Below are positions 9,448-19,099 of a stretch of DNA of 64,000 nt, piece after piece. Each line of letters starts with the position of its first letter. The first letter of the stretch is position 1. Source of the stretch: an uncultured virus (IMG/VR IMGVR_UViG_3300035188_001343) (Duplodnaviria > Heunggongvirae > Uroviricota > Caudoviricetes); IMG/VR virus record IMGVR_UViG_3300035188_001343; one strand, 5' to 3'. The position numbers were made by a program, and so were the translations under genes. A model generated the notes under the pieces. The model saw only the letters and a program-made list of their open reading frames with translations. It did no database searches and was not told the DNA's origin.

Positions 9448-10443
9448 ATGAAGAAAAATTTATGGTTGCTACTTTTTTTGTTTGGTATTTATAATGCATC
9501 TGCTTCAGATAAAAAGAGTATTCATGTTATTACTGATAGAAGTGATGCACACTTATTAGATTTAACATCAAAATTTGAAAAAGAAAGTGGTGTTGAAGTG
9601 AATTTAACATTCGTTAAAAATGGCATTATTGAAAAAGTAAAAAGTTATGATTATGATGCAATTATCAGTAAGGATAGTAGTGAATTAGTTGCGGCGAAAG
9701 ATGAGGGGTTGTTACATACTATTGATGATAGTGTGCTAGACAACATTCCAACCAATTTTAAGGATATTGATAAACAATGGTTTAATATGAGCTATAGAAT
9801 TAGATCATTTCATATGAAGAAAGGTTTAACAGATGCACCAACATCGTATGAGGATTTAGCAAAACCCCAGTATAAAAATAGAATTTGTATTAGAAGTTTA
9901 ACTCACAATTACAATTTAGAAATGTATGGAACTATGTTATCATATATGGGTGAGGAGAAATTTACTAACTGGTTTAAAGGATTTAAATCGAATATAGTTA
10001 AAGATTCGGCAGCAGGAAATGATAGAACCCAGGTTAAAGGTGTGTATGATGGTGAATGTGACATAGCAGTTGCAAATTCATATTATCGTGGATTGATGTT
10101 ACAAGATCCGGAGCAAAAAAAATGGGCAGAAGCAACATATTTATACATACCTAACCAAGAAAACGGTAGAGGAGCGATAGCATTGTATTCTGCAGTAGGT
10201 TCGTTATCGGATAATACCAATAATAAAACATTTTTGAATTATTTAATTTCAAAAGAAACGCAACAACAGTTATCATATGATAATTATGAATATCCAATTA
10301 AAACTGAAAATACATCACCTACTGTTAAACAATATGGTGATGCACAGAAATTGGACTATAAATCAATCAAATTATTTGATAATGTTCAAAACGATTTATT
10401 TGAATTGAGAAAAAAAGCTTATTTAATTATTAAAGCCAACTAA
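9448..10443 (+). CDS. fbpA: Fe3+ ABC transporter periplasmic binding protein (FbpA/FutA-like)
   Basis: Signal peptide MKKNLW...ASA; SYEDLAKPQYKNRICIRS, HNYN, GNDRTQ, GECDIAVANSYY (tandem Tyr iron ligands), NYEYP. Confidence 0.88.
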   Translation: MKKNLWLLLFLFGIYNASASDKKSIHVITDRSDAHLLDLTSKFEKESGVEVNLTFVKNGIIEKVKSYDYDAIISKDSSELVAAKDEGLLHTIDDSVLDNIPTNFKDIDKQWFNMSYRIRSFHMKKGLTDAPTSYEDLAKPQYKNRICIRSLTHNYNLEMYGTMLSYMGEEKFTNWFKGFKSNIVKDSAAGNDRTQVKGVYDGECDIAVANSYYRGLMLQDPEQKKWAEATYLYIPNQENGRGAIALYSAVGSLSDNTNNKTFLNYLISKETQQQLSYDNYEYPIKTENTSPTVKQYGDAQKLDYKSIKLFDNVQNDLFELRKKAYLIIKAN

Positions 10444-11411
10444 AACAAAACCAATTTTGCAATTGGGGTGAGTTTAATAAATTCACCCCAATGTTTCCAA
10501 TCTCTTTCAGCTGATATAGTTTTTACAAACACTTTTGATCTTGAATTGAGGTCGGCAATCAAATCCTCATCAAATAATATTTTATCATCTTTTAATAATG
10601 AAATAGCTAATTGTTTCCATTCATCGTCAGAAAATTTAAAAAAATCTAAATATTTTGGATTCTCAACGTATAAATCTGACATATTTTTAATAACTACTTG
10701 ACCAATAGCTGTTGATGATATTCTCACAAATGGCAATATCTTTTCTAATGATCTGGATGATAAATTTCGTAAAAATGGATAGGTATAAACTGATAGTCCT
10801 GTCAATACTTTACCATCTCTTATAATACCCATTTTTATATAAAAATCAATAGTTTCATCTTCTCTATCAAGTGAACGACAATTCAATAATATTGATGCCA
10901 CCCAATTATTGTCAATGATGGGATAGTTTTTAACACCGTAAGTTTTAACCAACCATTCCATTGCAGGTAAATTGTGAAATTTATAAAACAATTGAAAGTA
11001 TTTTATATCACTGAAATTTGTTAATTTATTTTCCTTGTATAACTTATCAAGTATTGGTACAACATTGGGATCATCATACTTTATACTTGATAAATCGGCA
11101 TCAAAGAAAAATTTACGCAATTCTGGTGTAAATTTATCAATGGTTAATTTTTTTAACATTGCCGCAGTTATTGAATATCTACCCTTTGGTGTTTTTTTGA
11201 TTTCTATACCATTTGCTTTTAAGGCTGATACAATAATTTCGACTTTTTTATTGAATTCATCGATTTTTAGATTTGATGTGTAATTGTTTCCTCGTCCAAA
11301 ATAATCCAATATTTCTTCACGCAATCCACATTGTGAATTTCTAAAGGTTTCTAACCATTCGATTATGTTTAATCTTCCAGAAAGGGGTAAACTTAATAAT
11401 TTTGATGCCAT
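10440..11411 (-). CDS. hypothetical protein
   Basis: 323-aa ORF convergent with fbpA; no motif recognised. Confidence 0.7.
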   Translation of the reverse strand: MASKLLSLPLSGRLNIIEWLETFRNSQCGLREEILDYFGRGNNYTSNLKIDEFNKKVEIIVSALKANGIEIKKTPKGRYSITAAMLKKLTIDKFTPELRKFFFDADLSSIKYDDPNVVPILDKLYKENKLTNFSDIKYFQLFYKFHNLPAMEWLVKTYGVKNYPIIDNNWVASILLNCRSLDREDETIDFYIKMGIIRDGKVLTGLSVYTYPFLRNLSSRSLEKILPFVRISSTAIGQVVIKNMSDLYVENPKYLDFFKFSDDEWKQLAISLLKDDKILFDEDLIADLNSRSKVFVKTISAERDWKHWGEFIKLTPIAKLVLF

Positions 11412-11547
11412 GCAGATTTCTCCAAACGTAATGATTATATTTAATTATACTAAAATAATTTATACTAAAACAGTATTTATCCTCACATTTTTAAAAATAA
11501 TGAATAAAAATGGGATAAATAAATTCATATTTAAGGAGATAAATACT

Positions 11548-11766
11548 ATGATAGATGGTTATAATTTATTTTTACAAAATTTAGAATCAAAATATCCTGA
11601 GGTATATTTCAAACTTTGTAGTTTACCACAGGCATCGATATATGGTATTATTAATGGGTTTCAATCATCGAATGTTAATTTTAATGATGAGGATAAGGTT
11701 GTCACTTATTTTAAAAACATACCATCATTGCGAGAATATACTGAAATTGAATTTAAAATCAAATAG
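11548..11766 (+). CDS. hypothetical protein
   Basis: AAGGAG RBS before the ATG at 11548 (shorter than the ORF-track call); TAAATA at 11516. Confidence 0.6.
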   Translation: MIDGYNLFLQNLESKYPEVYFKLCSLPQASIYGIINGFQSSNVNFNDEDKVVTYFKNIPSLREYTEIEFKIK

Positions 11767-11782
11767 CCGTTGGAGATAAAAT

Positions 11783-12457
11783 ATGGTTGATAATATCACG
11801 AATGTTGAACATACAATTAATTATTTTAGAAAGAATTACATAAGTGATGGATTGGAAATAAATTATCAACTTGTTGGTTCGGAAAAATTAAAATTTAAAA
11901 TACCAAAAAACGAATATGGTTTAATAACTCAAAAATTAAAAGCTGACAATATTGATTTTGAAGTAATCCCATCCGATAGAAAAATGGAATTGGAATTTCA
12001 GCAATATGATGGTTTTCAGTTATTGACAAAAACGTTTAAAATGGATATATATTTTGTTGAGTATGCAGCACTTAAAAATGTTGAAAATATTCATAATTCC
12101 ACGGATTTAAACATTAAAAATTGGTCTGATTTTTTTGATCTAATTGATCCGGAGTATCGCAATTTATTGCTTCATATTATAAATGGTGTGCCTATAGCAA
12201 CTCATAAAAATGAATACAATAAGGTCATTTCGAAGAAAGTATATTGGATTGATCCCAAAGATGGTTTATTTGAAAAGAAAGAAAAATTGGTAAATGATGA
12301 GTGGAAAGTTACTTATCAATTGGTTACAAATAATTTACACCAAATATTTAAAATGTTTTTTAAATATTTTGATGAAATTCCATTTAATGAGTTAGCCGAT
12401 TTTGAAAAATTCAAAGAAATTGTTGCCAACACAAAATATAAAACTTATTTGTATTAA
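11783..12457 (+). CDS. hypothetical protein
   Basis: 224-aa ORF with GGAG RBS. Confidence 0.65.
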   Translation: MVDNITNVEHTINYFRKNYISDGLEINYQLVGSEKLKFKIPKNEYGLITQKLKADNIDFEVIPSDRKMELEFQQYDGFQLLTKTFKMDIYFVEYAALKNVENIHNSTDLNIKNWSDFFDLIDPEYRNLLLHIINGVPIATHKNEYNKVISKKVYWIDPKDGLFEKKEKLVNDEWKVTYQLVTNNLHQIFKMFFKYFDEIPFNELADFEKFKEIVANTKYKTYLY

Positions 12458-12515
12458 AAAATATTTTTTGAGTAAATAAAGGAATGTTGAAATACTTTAT
12501 AAAGGATAGTGTTAT

Positions 12516-14075
12516 ATGACTTATACTGAAAATGATCTAATTTATTATAAAAACCACCCAGAACATATAACGTCGGAACTTGATCACGATTTATTATTAG
12601 CATTAATATCTTATAACGTTGAAAATATGTCGCGTATTAAGAAACAAACCACCGAATTTATAAGTGCAGCTTATGATATAAGTCATTCAGTTTTTAAATA
12701 TATTGATTTCAGTGAAGTATCTATTCACTTTTTAGAAATTGCAATATCAAATAACCCTACATTTATTCAATACCTATATTCACCAAGCCCAGAAATAATT
12801 AAATTAGCATTATCGAAAGACATCAACGTGTTTATGTATGTTGAGAAATACTTGGATGCTAGTATGTTTGAATGGTTGTTATCACAAAATGGATTGATGT
12901 TAGAATATGTCCCGGCAGAAATACAAACTGAAAAAATGGTATTGATAGCATTAAAAGAAAATGTACAGTCGTATAAATTTGCACATATAAAAACAAAAGA
13001 AACAGATATTTGTTTAATTAATATCGACCAAACAAAAATAAGTTGGATAACTGGTTTTTGGACAGAATTAGTTAAACCGATAATTGAATATAATCCTTTA
13101 TACATCGCCAAATTTTTCGATACCCCTGAAATATTAACCAATGATATTGTAAAAATGGCATTAAGAAAAAACCCAAAAATTTATAAAATTCTACCAAATC
13201 CAAACCCAGAATTAAAATTGTATGCCGCTGAATTGGATATTTCTTTACTTGAACACATGAAATTTGACAGAACACTGATTGAACATATTGTTTCTAAAAA
13301 CGGGTTAGCTCTTAAATATGTAAAGAAAAAAGATTTGTATATAATAAAAATAGCAATTTTACAAAATGTATTTTCACTCGATTATGTTGTAAATGTTGAT
13401 AGACCTAGACAATTTCTTATTGATTATGCGTTTAAGCATGATGGTGCTGCATTAAAATATATGACGTCACCTACATACAAACAATGTTTAGACGCAGTTA
13501 CTAGAAATCCATTGGCAATTCAATTTGTTCCAGCGTTACATAACACTGAAGAGATACAATTGGTGGCGTTGCATGGTGGGAAATATGAAGTGGTACAGTA
13601 TATTTCTACACCTGCATCAAATGTGGTTATTTTGGCAATGATTGAATGTGATCCAAGTTATATATTTAAAATTCCAAATCCAACAAAAGAAATATATAAA
13701 CTTGCGTTTAAACATGATGGTCGATTGATGATGCAATTTCCAAATTGGAATAATAAATTTGATCCTGATGTTATTTCTGTTGCACTTAGTCAAGATGGTG
13801 AAATATTTGAATATGTTGAACGCAAAACTAAAACTTACGCGACTGTCGCAATTAGTCAATATCCACCAGCGATACAATGGGTTATATTCCAGGATTTAGA
13901 ATTAGCTACTTTAGCGGTAAATTTAGATCCAAGAACGATATTTTTCGTCGATAAAAGTATATTAGATAAAAAATTATTTGAAACTGCACTTACATTAGAT
14001 CCAGACTTTTTTGAACATACAGCTGGTGAGATGACATGGGATGAATGGTTGAAAATAATTACACCAATACAATAA
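12516..14075 (+). CDS. helical-repeat protein (DUF4116-like)
   Basis: Repeated A(V/L)xxNG/PxAL(Q/K)(Y/F)V units, e.g. NGLMLEYV, NGLALKYV, DGAALKYM, NPLAIQFV. Confidence 0.7.
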   Translation: MTYTENDLIYYKNHPEHITSELDHDLLLALISYNVENMSRIKKQTTEFISAAYDISHSVFKYIDFSEVSIHFLEIAISNNPTFIQYLYSPSPEIIKLALSKDINVFMYVEKYLDASMFEWLLSQNGLMLEYVPAEIQTEKMVLIALKENVQSYKFAHIKTKETDICLINIDQTKISWITGFWTELVKPIIEYNPLYIAKFFDTPEILTNDIVKMALRKNPKIYKILPNPNPELKLYAAELDISLLEHMKFDRTLIEHIVSKNGLALKYVKKKDLYIIKIAILQNVFSLDYVVNVDRPRQFLIDYAFKHDGAALKYMTSPTYKQCLDAVTRNPLAIQFVPALHNTEEIQLVALHGGKYEVVQYISTPASNVVILAMIECDPSYIFKIPNPTKEIYKLAFKHDGRLMMQFPNWNNKFDPDVISVALSQDGEIFEYVERKTKTYATVAISQYPPAIQWVIFQDLELATLAVNLDPRTIFFVDKSILDKKLFETALTLDPDFFEHTAGEMTWDEWLKIITPIQ

Positions 14076-14094
14076 CAAAGAAGGAAATCAAACA

Positions 14095-14622
14095 ATGAAA
14101 TTAGGTAAATTAAGTGAAAGTTTTACAAATCCAGATACATTTTTTCTGAAATTGTATCAGACTGAAGATTTGTCAAATTGTACAACATTAAATGAAACCA
14201 AAGAAACTATATCTACCATATTTGCAGCCGCAGATACTTATGCAGTTAATAATAAGTTTAAACACAAATATTTTGATTTGGCACATACTCCCCTGTGGGA
14301 AAATTTAGAAATTGAAAAACACCATTTTATTTTAAAAGGTTTTGATGCGTTTATTGCGATCGATTTAACTGAAAATTTGCATGACATTAGACCATTTGTA
14401 TTGGTTCAACACAATAATGTTGAAGATTTGGAATATGGGCATCGAATTGAAATCACTGAAGAATTTATAAATTCTATGGTTGTATTTCAGAAAGAACTTT
14501 TTTTAGAAGCATTACATAGATTTGAAAGTGAAACTGTGGAAACATTAAAGGCTGTTTGGAAGGTTGAACAGCAAAGAATAGATAAATGGGTTAAAACTTG
14601 TAAAATTGATTTGAATTCGTAA
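14095..14622 (+). CDS. hypothetical protein
   Basis: AAGGA RBS; MKLGKLSE leader. Confidence 0.65.
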   Translation: MKLGKLSESFTNPDTFFLKLYQTEDLSNCTTLNETKETISTIFAAADTYAVNNKFKHKYFDLAHTPLWENLEIEKHHFILKGFDAFIAIDLTENLHDIRPFVLVQHNNVEDLEYGHRIEITEEFINSMVVFQKELFLEALHRFESETVETLKAVWKVEQQRIDKWVKTCKIDLNS

Positions 14623-14637
14623 ATCAGTGTAGTATAA

Positions 14638-14952
14638 TTGGTATTTAATTATACAAATAGGATAAACATGGAAATCTTGGATATTTCAACAGTTCGTGAA
14701 AAAACTATCAATTCACAACCCATTGAAAAAGAATATGATACTATGATTTCTGACTGGAATAATATCATTGATTGGACATCTAATAATCACTTTGGATATA
14801 CTAAAATTTGGTTTTATGAGCATCAACTCGAAGAATTAGAAACTGATATTTTACATGTTTCTAATTTGTATAGGGTTGGTGGTTATAAAGTGAGTGACAT
14901 CGGGTTTGATAAATACTTCTCTTATTATTTTGTAGAGATATCGTGGGCATGA
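14638..14952 (+). CDS. hypothetical protein
   Basis: ORF; true start probably the internal ATG after AGGA. Confidence 0.55.
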   Translation: MVFNYTNRINMEILDISTVREKTINSQPIEKEYDTMISDWNNIIDWTSNNHFGYTKIWFYEHQLEELETDILHVSNLYRVGGYKVSDIGFDKYFSYYFVEISWA

Positions 14953-15419
14953 CAATATTTCTTGATAAAATCAAAGATTTGTTAACTGTACAGAAAAACA
15001 TTATAATTTCTGATATTACCCCAGTTATACATGTGGCCCATATAACTAACAATGGGTATCTACATTTGGGAATTGAATTTCATGAGGAGTTACAGGTAAG
15101 AATGTTATATCATGGTTTTAAACCAAATAATGTGTGGCAGTTATCACTTACGGGGTTATTTGACGAACATGAAAACATAATCACTTATATATCGGAACAT
15201 TATTTAACCATACAGGTAACAAATAATCGGTGGTATCAATTAGATTTATTCACCGATAATGAGGTAAGTGATTACAGTTTAACTATCGAAAGTATTGAAT
15301 TCTCGAAAGTAGTTAAGTCACTATTACAGTTATCAGAAGAAAAAACAATCCATTTAAGAGTTAGAATTGGTGAGTCAAATTGGTCAGAAATAGTGAAATT
15401 TGATGTTTCAAAAATTTAG
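14943..15419 (+). CDS. hypothetical protein
   Basis: ORF overlapping the upstream stop. Confidence 0.55.
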   Translation: MGMTIFLDKIKDLLTVQKNIIISDITPVIHVAHITNNGYLHLGIEFHEELQVRMLYHGFKPNNVWQLSLTGLFDEHENIITYISEHYLTIQVTNNRWYQLDLFTDNEVSDYSLTIESIEFSKVVKSLLQLSEEKTIHLRVRIGESNWSEIVKFDVSKI

Positions 15420-15643
15420 GAACCAAATTATCTACCTAAGAGGAGATTAAACTCAATGAATCATAATCGTGTTTTGATGGTGTATGAACAATCTAAGAAA
15501 AAATTACTACCTCACAATATCACTAAAATATGGGAATATATTTCTCATCACATTCCAACTAAAAAAATACCAGTTAAAACTTTTTTATCACCAAAAAATA
15601 TTGTAAAATTGTTATCATCAACAATAAAATAGGATATTAAATT

Positions 15644-15937
15644 ATGGCTAAGAAAGACACAACCACATCTACATCTAAAAGTGCCACACCTAAAAAAAAT
15701 GATTTATTCACCAAAATGAGAAAAAACATTCTTAAAAAGAATGAAGATGCAATGTTAGATTTAACGGAACCTACTGTTTGGGCATCATCTGGAAATTATG
15801 TATTAAATCATATTTTGAGTGGTAGATTTCATAGAGGTTATCCTTCTGGAAGAATTGTACAAATTTTTGGTGATTCTGGGTGTTTATTGCCACATGAAAA
15901 AATAAAAGTGTATGAATTCAAATCAAATATTGTATGA
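15644..15937 (+). CDS. uvsX: UvsX/RecA recombinase, fragment 1 plus 18-aa IntN
   Basis: SGNYVLNHILSG...GYPSGRIVQIFGDSG is the RecA N-terminus up to the first half of Walker A; then CLLPHEKIKV (block A, 15881-15934). Confidence 0.9.
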   Translation: MAKKDTTTSTSKSATPKKNDLFTKMRKNILKKNEDAMLDLTEPTVWASSGNYVLNHILSGRFHRGYPSGRIVQIFGDSGCLLPHEKIKVYEFKSNIV

Positions 15938-16000
15938 AATACTTGTTAAATTATTATAAAACTAACAATCAAAAAATAAAAAACTTTATTGGAGAACAAA

Positions 16001-17323
16001 ATGATTGAAAACAATGTTAGAGAATTAACTGATAAAGAAAAATTACTGGAATTAAAAGAATGGTATTCCTCTGATGAATTATCAAAATCCCTTGATGTTA
16101 CTGAAGAAATGCTTGGTAATTTTTTAAATGATAAAAGTTCTTTTACATTAACAAATTCTGAGAAATTGAACGATTTTTTTAATAACCATGTTCATGAAAA
16201 TTCAAAATTTGAAATGATTAAAAATGTTTATGGTTTGTGGGAAACTGATGAAAAACAATTTATGGTTGATACTCCTGATGGGTTTCAATTTGTTAGTGAA
16301 TTTATTCATAAAGATTCAAGAAGTTGCTTTGACTTAAGAACCGATAATTTTCATATTGAATGTTCGGGTGACCATTTGATTGAAACTGATAAAGGTTGGG
16401 TGAAAACTGAAGATATTGTAGTTGGTTCAAAAGTGTTAACCCGTGTTGGTTTTGAGGAAGTTAAATCAAATGCACAACTTAGTGATAGTGATGTTTACGA
16501 TATGACTGTTGAACATGATAATCATCGATATTGGGGTGGTGCCGGTATTTCATCACATAATTCTGGTAAATCTTTTCTTATGGCTAAAGCGATTGTTGAG
16601 GCTCAAAAAGAAGGTTATATGGTGGCAGTATTAGATTCGGAACAAGCGGTTTCACAGGATTATTTGAAAAAAATTGGGGTTGATTTAGACCCATCAATGT
16701 TAATGACTGTGCAGGTACAAACAGTTGAACAAACTCAAGATATGCTTCTAGAAGTTTTGGAAGGTGTTAAGGAAGAACAAGAAGCTTTAGGAAATACCAA
16801 AGAACTAAAATTATTACTGATTGTTGATTCCATTGGTATGCTTTCATCTGGAAAAGCACTAGCAAATGCTGAAGCTGGACATCACGCGGCTGATATGGGT
16901 ACTAAAGCAAAAGCATTAACCAATATGTTCAACCAAATTGTACAAAAAGTTGGTATTACTGAAACTGTTTGTTTAGTAACTAATCATGGAGCATTAGAAG
17001 TTGGAGTTATGTTCCCACAACTCAAACCAAAAGGTGGACAATGTTTAGTAGCAGGTACAAAAGTACAAACTGATAAAGGTTATAAAAATATTGAAGAAAT
17101 CCAAGTTGGTGATATGGTGAGAACACACTTGAACCAAATTAAACCTGTTGAAAAATTATTTAGTTTCGATAATCTTGATATTCTTAATTTTGAATTAGAA
17201 ACAGGACAAAACATTAAAATGTCGAAGGATCATAAAATGTTAGTTTTGCGAAATGGTGAAAAATTGTGGTTGGAAGCTCAATTTATAACTACTTATGATT
17301 CATTGTTAGCACTTGATGTTTAA
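16001..17323 (+). CDS. uvsX: UvsX/RecA recombinase, fragment 2 (IntC1-extein-IntN2)
   Basis: GGAG RBS before ATG 16001. IntC1 16001-16561 ends SSHN|SGKS. Extein has LDSEQA, Walker B LIVDSIG, MGTKAKAL, VTNH, PKGGQ. IntN2 17042-17320 starts CLVAGTKV and has block B SKDH. Confidence 0.92.
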   Translation: MIENNVRELTDKEKLLELKEWYSSDELSKSLDVTEEMLGNFLNDKSSFTLTNSEKLNDFFNNHVHENSKFEMIKNVYGLWETDEKQFMVDTPDGFQFVSEFIHKDSRSCFDLRTDNFHIECSGDHLIETDKGWVKTEDIVVGSKVLTRVGFEEVKSNAQLSDSDVYDMTVEHDNHRYWGGAGISSHNSGKSFLMAKAIVEAQKEGYMVAVLDSEQAVSQDYLKKIGVDLDPSMLMTVQVQTVEQTQDMLLEVLEGVKEEQEALGNTKELKLLLIVDSIGMLSSGKALANAEAGHHAADMGTKAKALTNMFNQIVQKVGITETVCLVTNHGALEVGVMFPQLKPKGGQCLVAGTKVQTDKGYKNIEEIQVGDMVRTHLNQIKPVEKLFSFDNLDILNFELETGQNIKMSKDHKMLVLRNGEKLWLEAQFITTYDSLLALDV

Positions 17324-17336
17324 TAATTAAATGGAT

Positions 17337-17369
17337 TGGGGTGGATATTGAAATCCACCCCATTTTTTT
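17337..17369. terminator. probable bidirectional intrinsic terminator
   Basis: TGGGGTGGAT-ATTGAA-ATCCACCCCA followed by T7; lies between convergent genes. Confidence 0.8.
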
Positions 17370-17864
17370 ATTGTACAGCCCCATATCTAGAACCAGTAAC
17401 CAACCATGTAATTGAACTGTTTCCACTTATTGATGCACCACCTGAACCACCACCTGAACCCATATCGTTGTATGATGTTTTACCACCGCCACCACCACAG
17501 ATTGCACCTGCTTGACCTGTAAATGCTGAACCGCCTGTACCTGCTGTCCTACCATATGAGTTAGAACCATTAGTTCCGTATGTCGCACCTATCCAGTTTT
17601 CAGTACCACTTCCCCATGGTGAAGCACCACCAGCACCACCTTGAGTTTGTGTACCACTGTTACCATTACCACCAGCGGCATAACCAAAACTTGTTTCCGT
17701 TCCACCTGATGCAGGTGAATTATTCGAATCGGACTGTCTAGCAGTTGTTTCTGCAGCTAAATTAGTAGTTAAAGTTGCATCTGCAGCTTGTCTCGCAGTT
17801 ACCTCATTTGCAATATTGGTAGCAACAACACTACCGATTTTTTTTTAAATATTGAATCGACCAT
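17368..17864 (-). pseudogene. frameshifted glycine-rich tail-fibre/gp38-like adhesin (165 aa if one A is added in an A9 run)
   Basis: AGGAG RBS and ATG at 17864; A9 run at 17838-17846; shifted frame reads EVTARQAADATLTTNLAAETTARQ, then Gly-rich blocks, ending GGASISGNSSITWLVTGSRYGAVQ-stop. Confidence 0.72.
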
Positions 17865-17944
17865 TTGTATCTCCTATTTAATAACTATTAAAAATCGGTA
17901 TGATTTTTTGAATGAATCCACTTGTGTGGAATATGTTATATTTA

Positions 17945-18256
17945 TCAAATAGTATCATTTTGCGGAACTAAATTTCGTTCTAAAACACCCCATTTATGTA
18001 ATCTTCTTAGTTCTGCAGAATGATCACGGCAGCAGGTTTTATTAAATCCAGCACCAATTGACACAAATTTTGTTACTTTATTACATTTTGGATGTTGACA
18101 TATATTGCTGTCTGGATGATAAAATAAATAAATTTTTGCATCTGTCGGTGTACCTTCAAAAAGTTTGGAATCCTCACATTCATTTAACCATAACCCAACG
18201 TTATGTTTGAATCCTTTTTCTTTGTTTTTTATAAAATATGTTTCAAAATTATTCAT
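17945..18256 (-). pseudogene. truncated endonuclease (N-terminal Cys-rich domain only)
   Basis: IYLFYH...CQHPKC...FVSI..GF.KTC matches the N-terminus of ORF 47103-47585; no nuclease domain follows. Confidence 0.65.
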
Positions 18257-18412
18257 TTGTTTTTTTCTCCTGAAAATAATATAGTATTATACATTAAGTG
18301 ACAATTCATCTTATTATCGAGTGATAGGCAAAAAATAAATTTTTAAGATTTTACTTTTATCTCATTTGATTGTAAAATAATAGTTAATAACCATTCACTA
18401 AAGGAGTATTTT

Positions 18413-19081
18413 ATGAACTCAAATGAGTTTTTAGTCGATTCAAATTATAAACCAGTTAAGATTAAATCTATTACCCCTGTGGCAATAGAAAAAACTTATG
18501 ATTTTCAAGTTGCTGACGATCATAGTTTTTTATTAGAAAATAATATAATTTCAAGTAATTGTATGGAATTTGTACCATCAATTTCTTTGCGTGTAACTAA
18601 AGGTAAGATTAAACCCACTGATTTGGCAGAATTAGAATATTTGTATGATGGTGGAATACCAAAACATTTGGGTGCTTTAGGGATTGTATCGAGAATTGAA
18701 TTGTATAAATCCCGATTTACCCGACCTTTTAGAAAGGTACAATTGATGATTCCATACGATTTTGGATTACCTGAATATGCGGGATTATTTGATTATCTCA
18801 AAGATAATGGTATAATTATTGAAAATGGTAGAAAAGGTTATTATAATTGTACTGAGGTACAATTTGAAAAAGATTTTACTAGAAAAGATTTTATTAAAGG
18901 TGGTTGGGCTGATTTAATTATGGAACATTTATTAGCTGAGGAAACCAAAGGTAGAATTTATGATTTTATTATGAAATCTAGTGATGATGATGCCCGAGAA
19001 AAAGAACAAGGATTAGATTCAATTGATGACTCTTACATTGAAGATGATGATATGGATGAATCGGAATTTAATGTTGAATAA
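18413..19081 (+). CDS. uvsX: UvsX/RecA recombinase, fragment 3 (IntC2 plus C-terminal extein)
   Basis: AAGGAG RBS; IntC2 18413-18559 VKIKSI...TYDFQVADDHSFLLENNIISSN|C; extein CMEFVPSISLRV, KSRFTRPF, acidic tail. Confidence 0.9.
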   Translation: MNSNEFLVDSNYKPVKIKSITPVAIEKTYDFQVADDHSFLLENNIISSNCMEFVPSISLRVTKGKIKPTDLAELEYLYDGGIPKHLGALGIVSRIELYKSRFTRPFRKVQLMIPYDFGLPEYAGLFDYLKDNGIIIENGRKGYYNCTEVQFEKDFTRKDFIKGGWADLIMEHLLAEETKGRIYDFIMKSSDDDAREKEQGLDSIDDSYIEDDDMDESEFNVE

Positions 19082-19099
19082 CCATAGTGAGAAAAAAAT

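Noticed and set aside
15935..16000. Stop-codon recoding or readthrough as the explanation for the split genes
   Set aside because: The uvsX fragment 1-2 gap has TGA, TAA and TAA in frame plus a separate RBS. Long genes elsewhere are intact in the standard code and end in all three stop codons.
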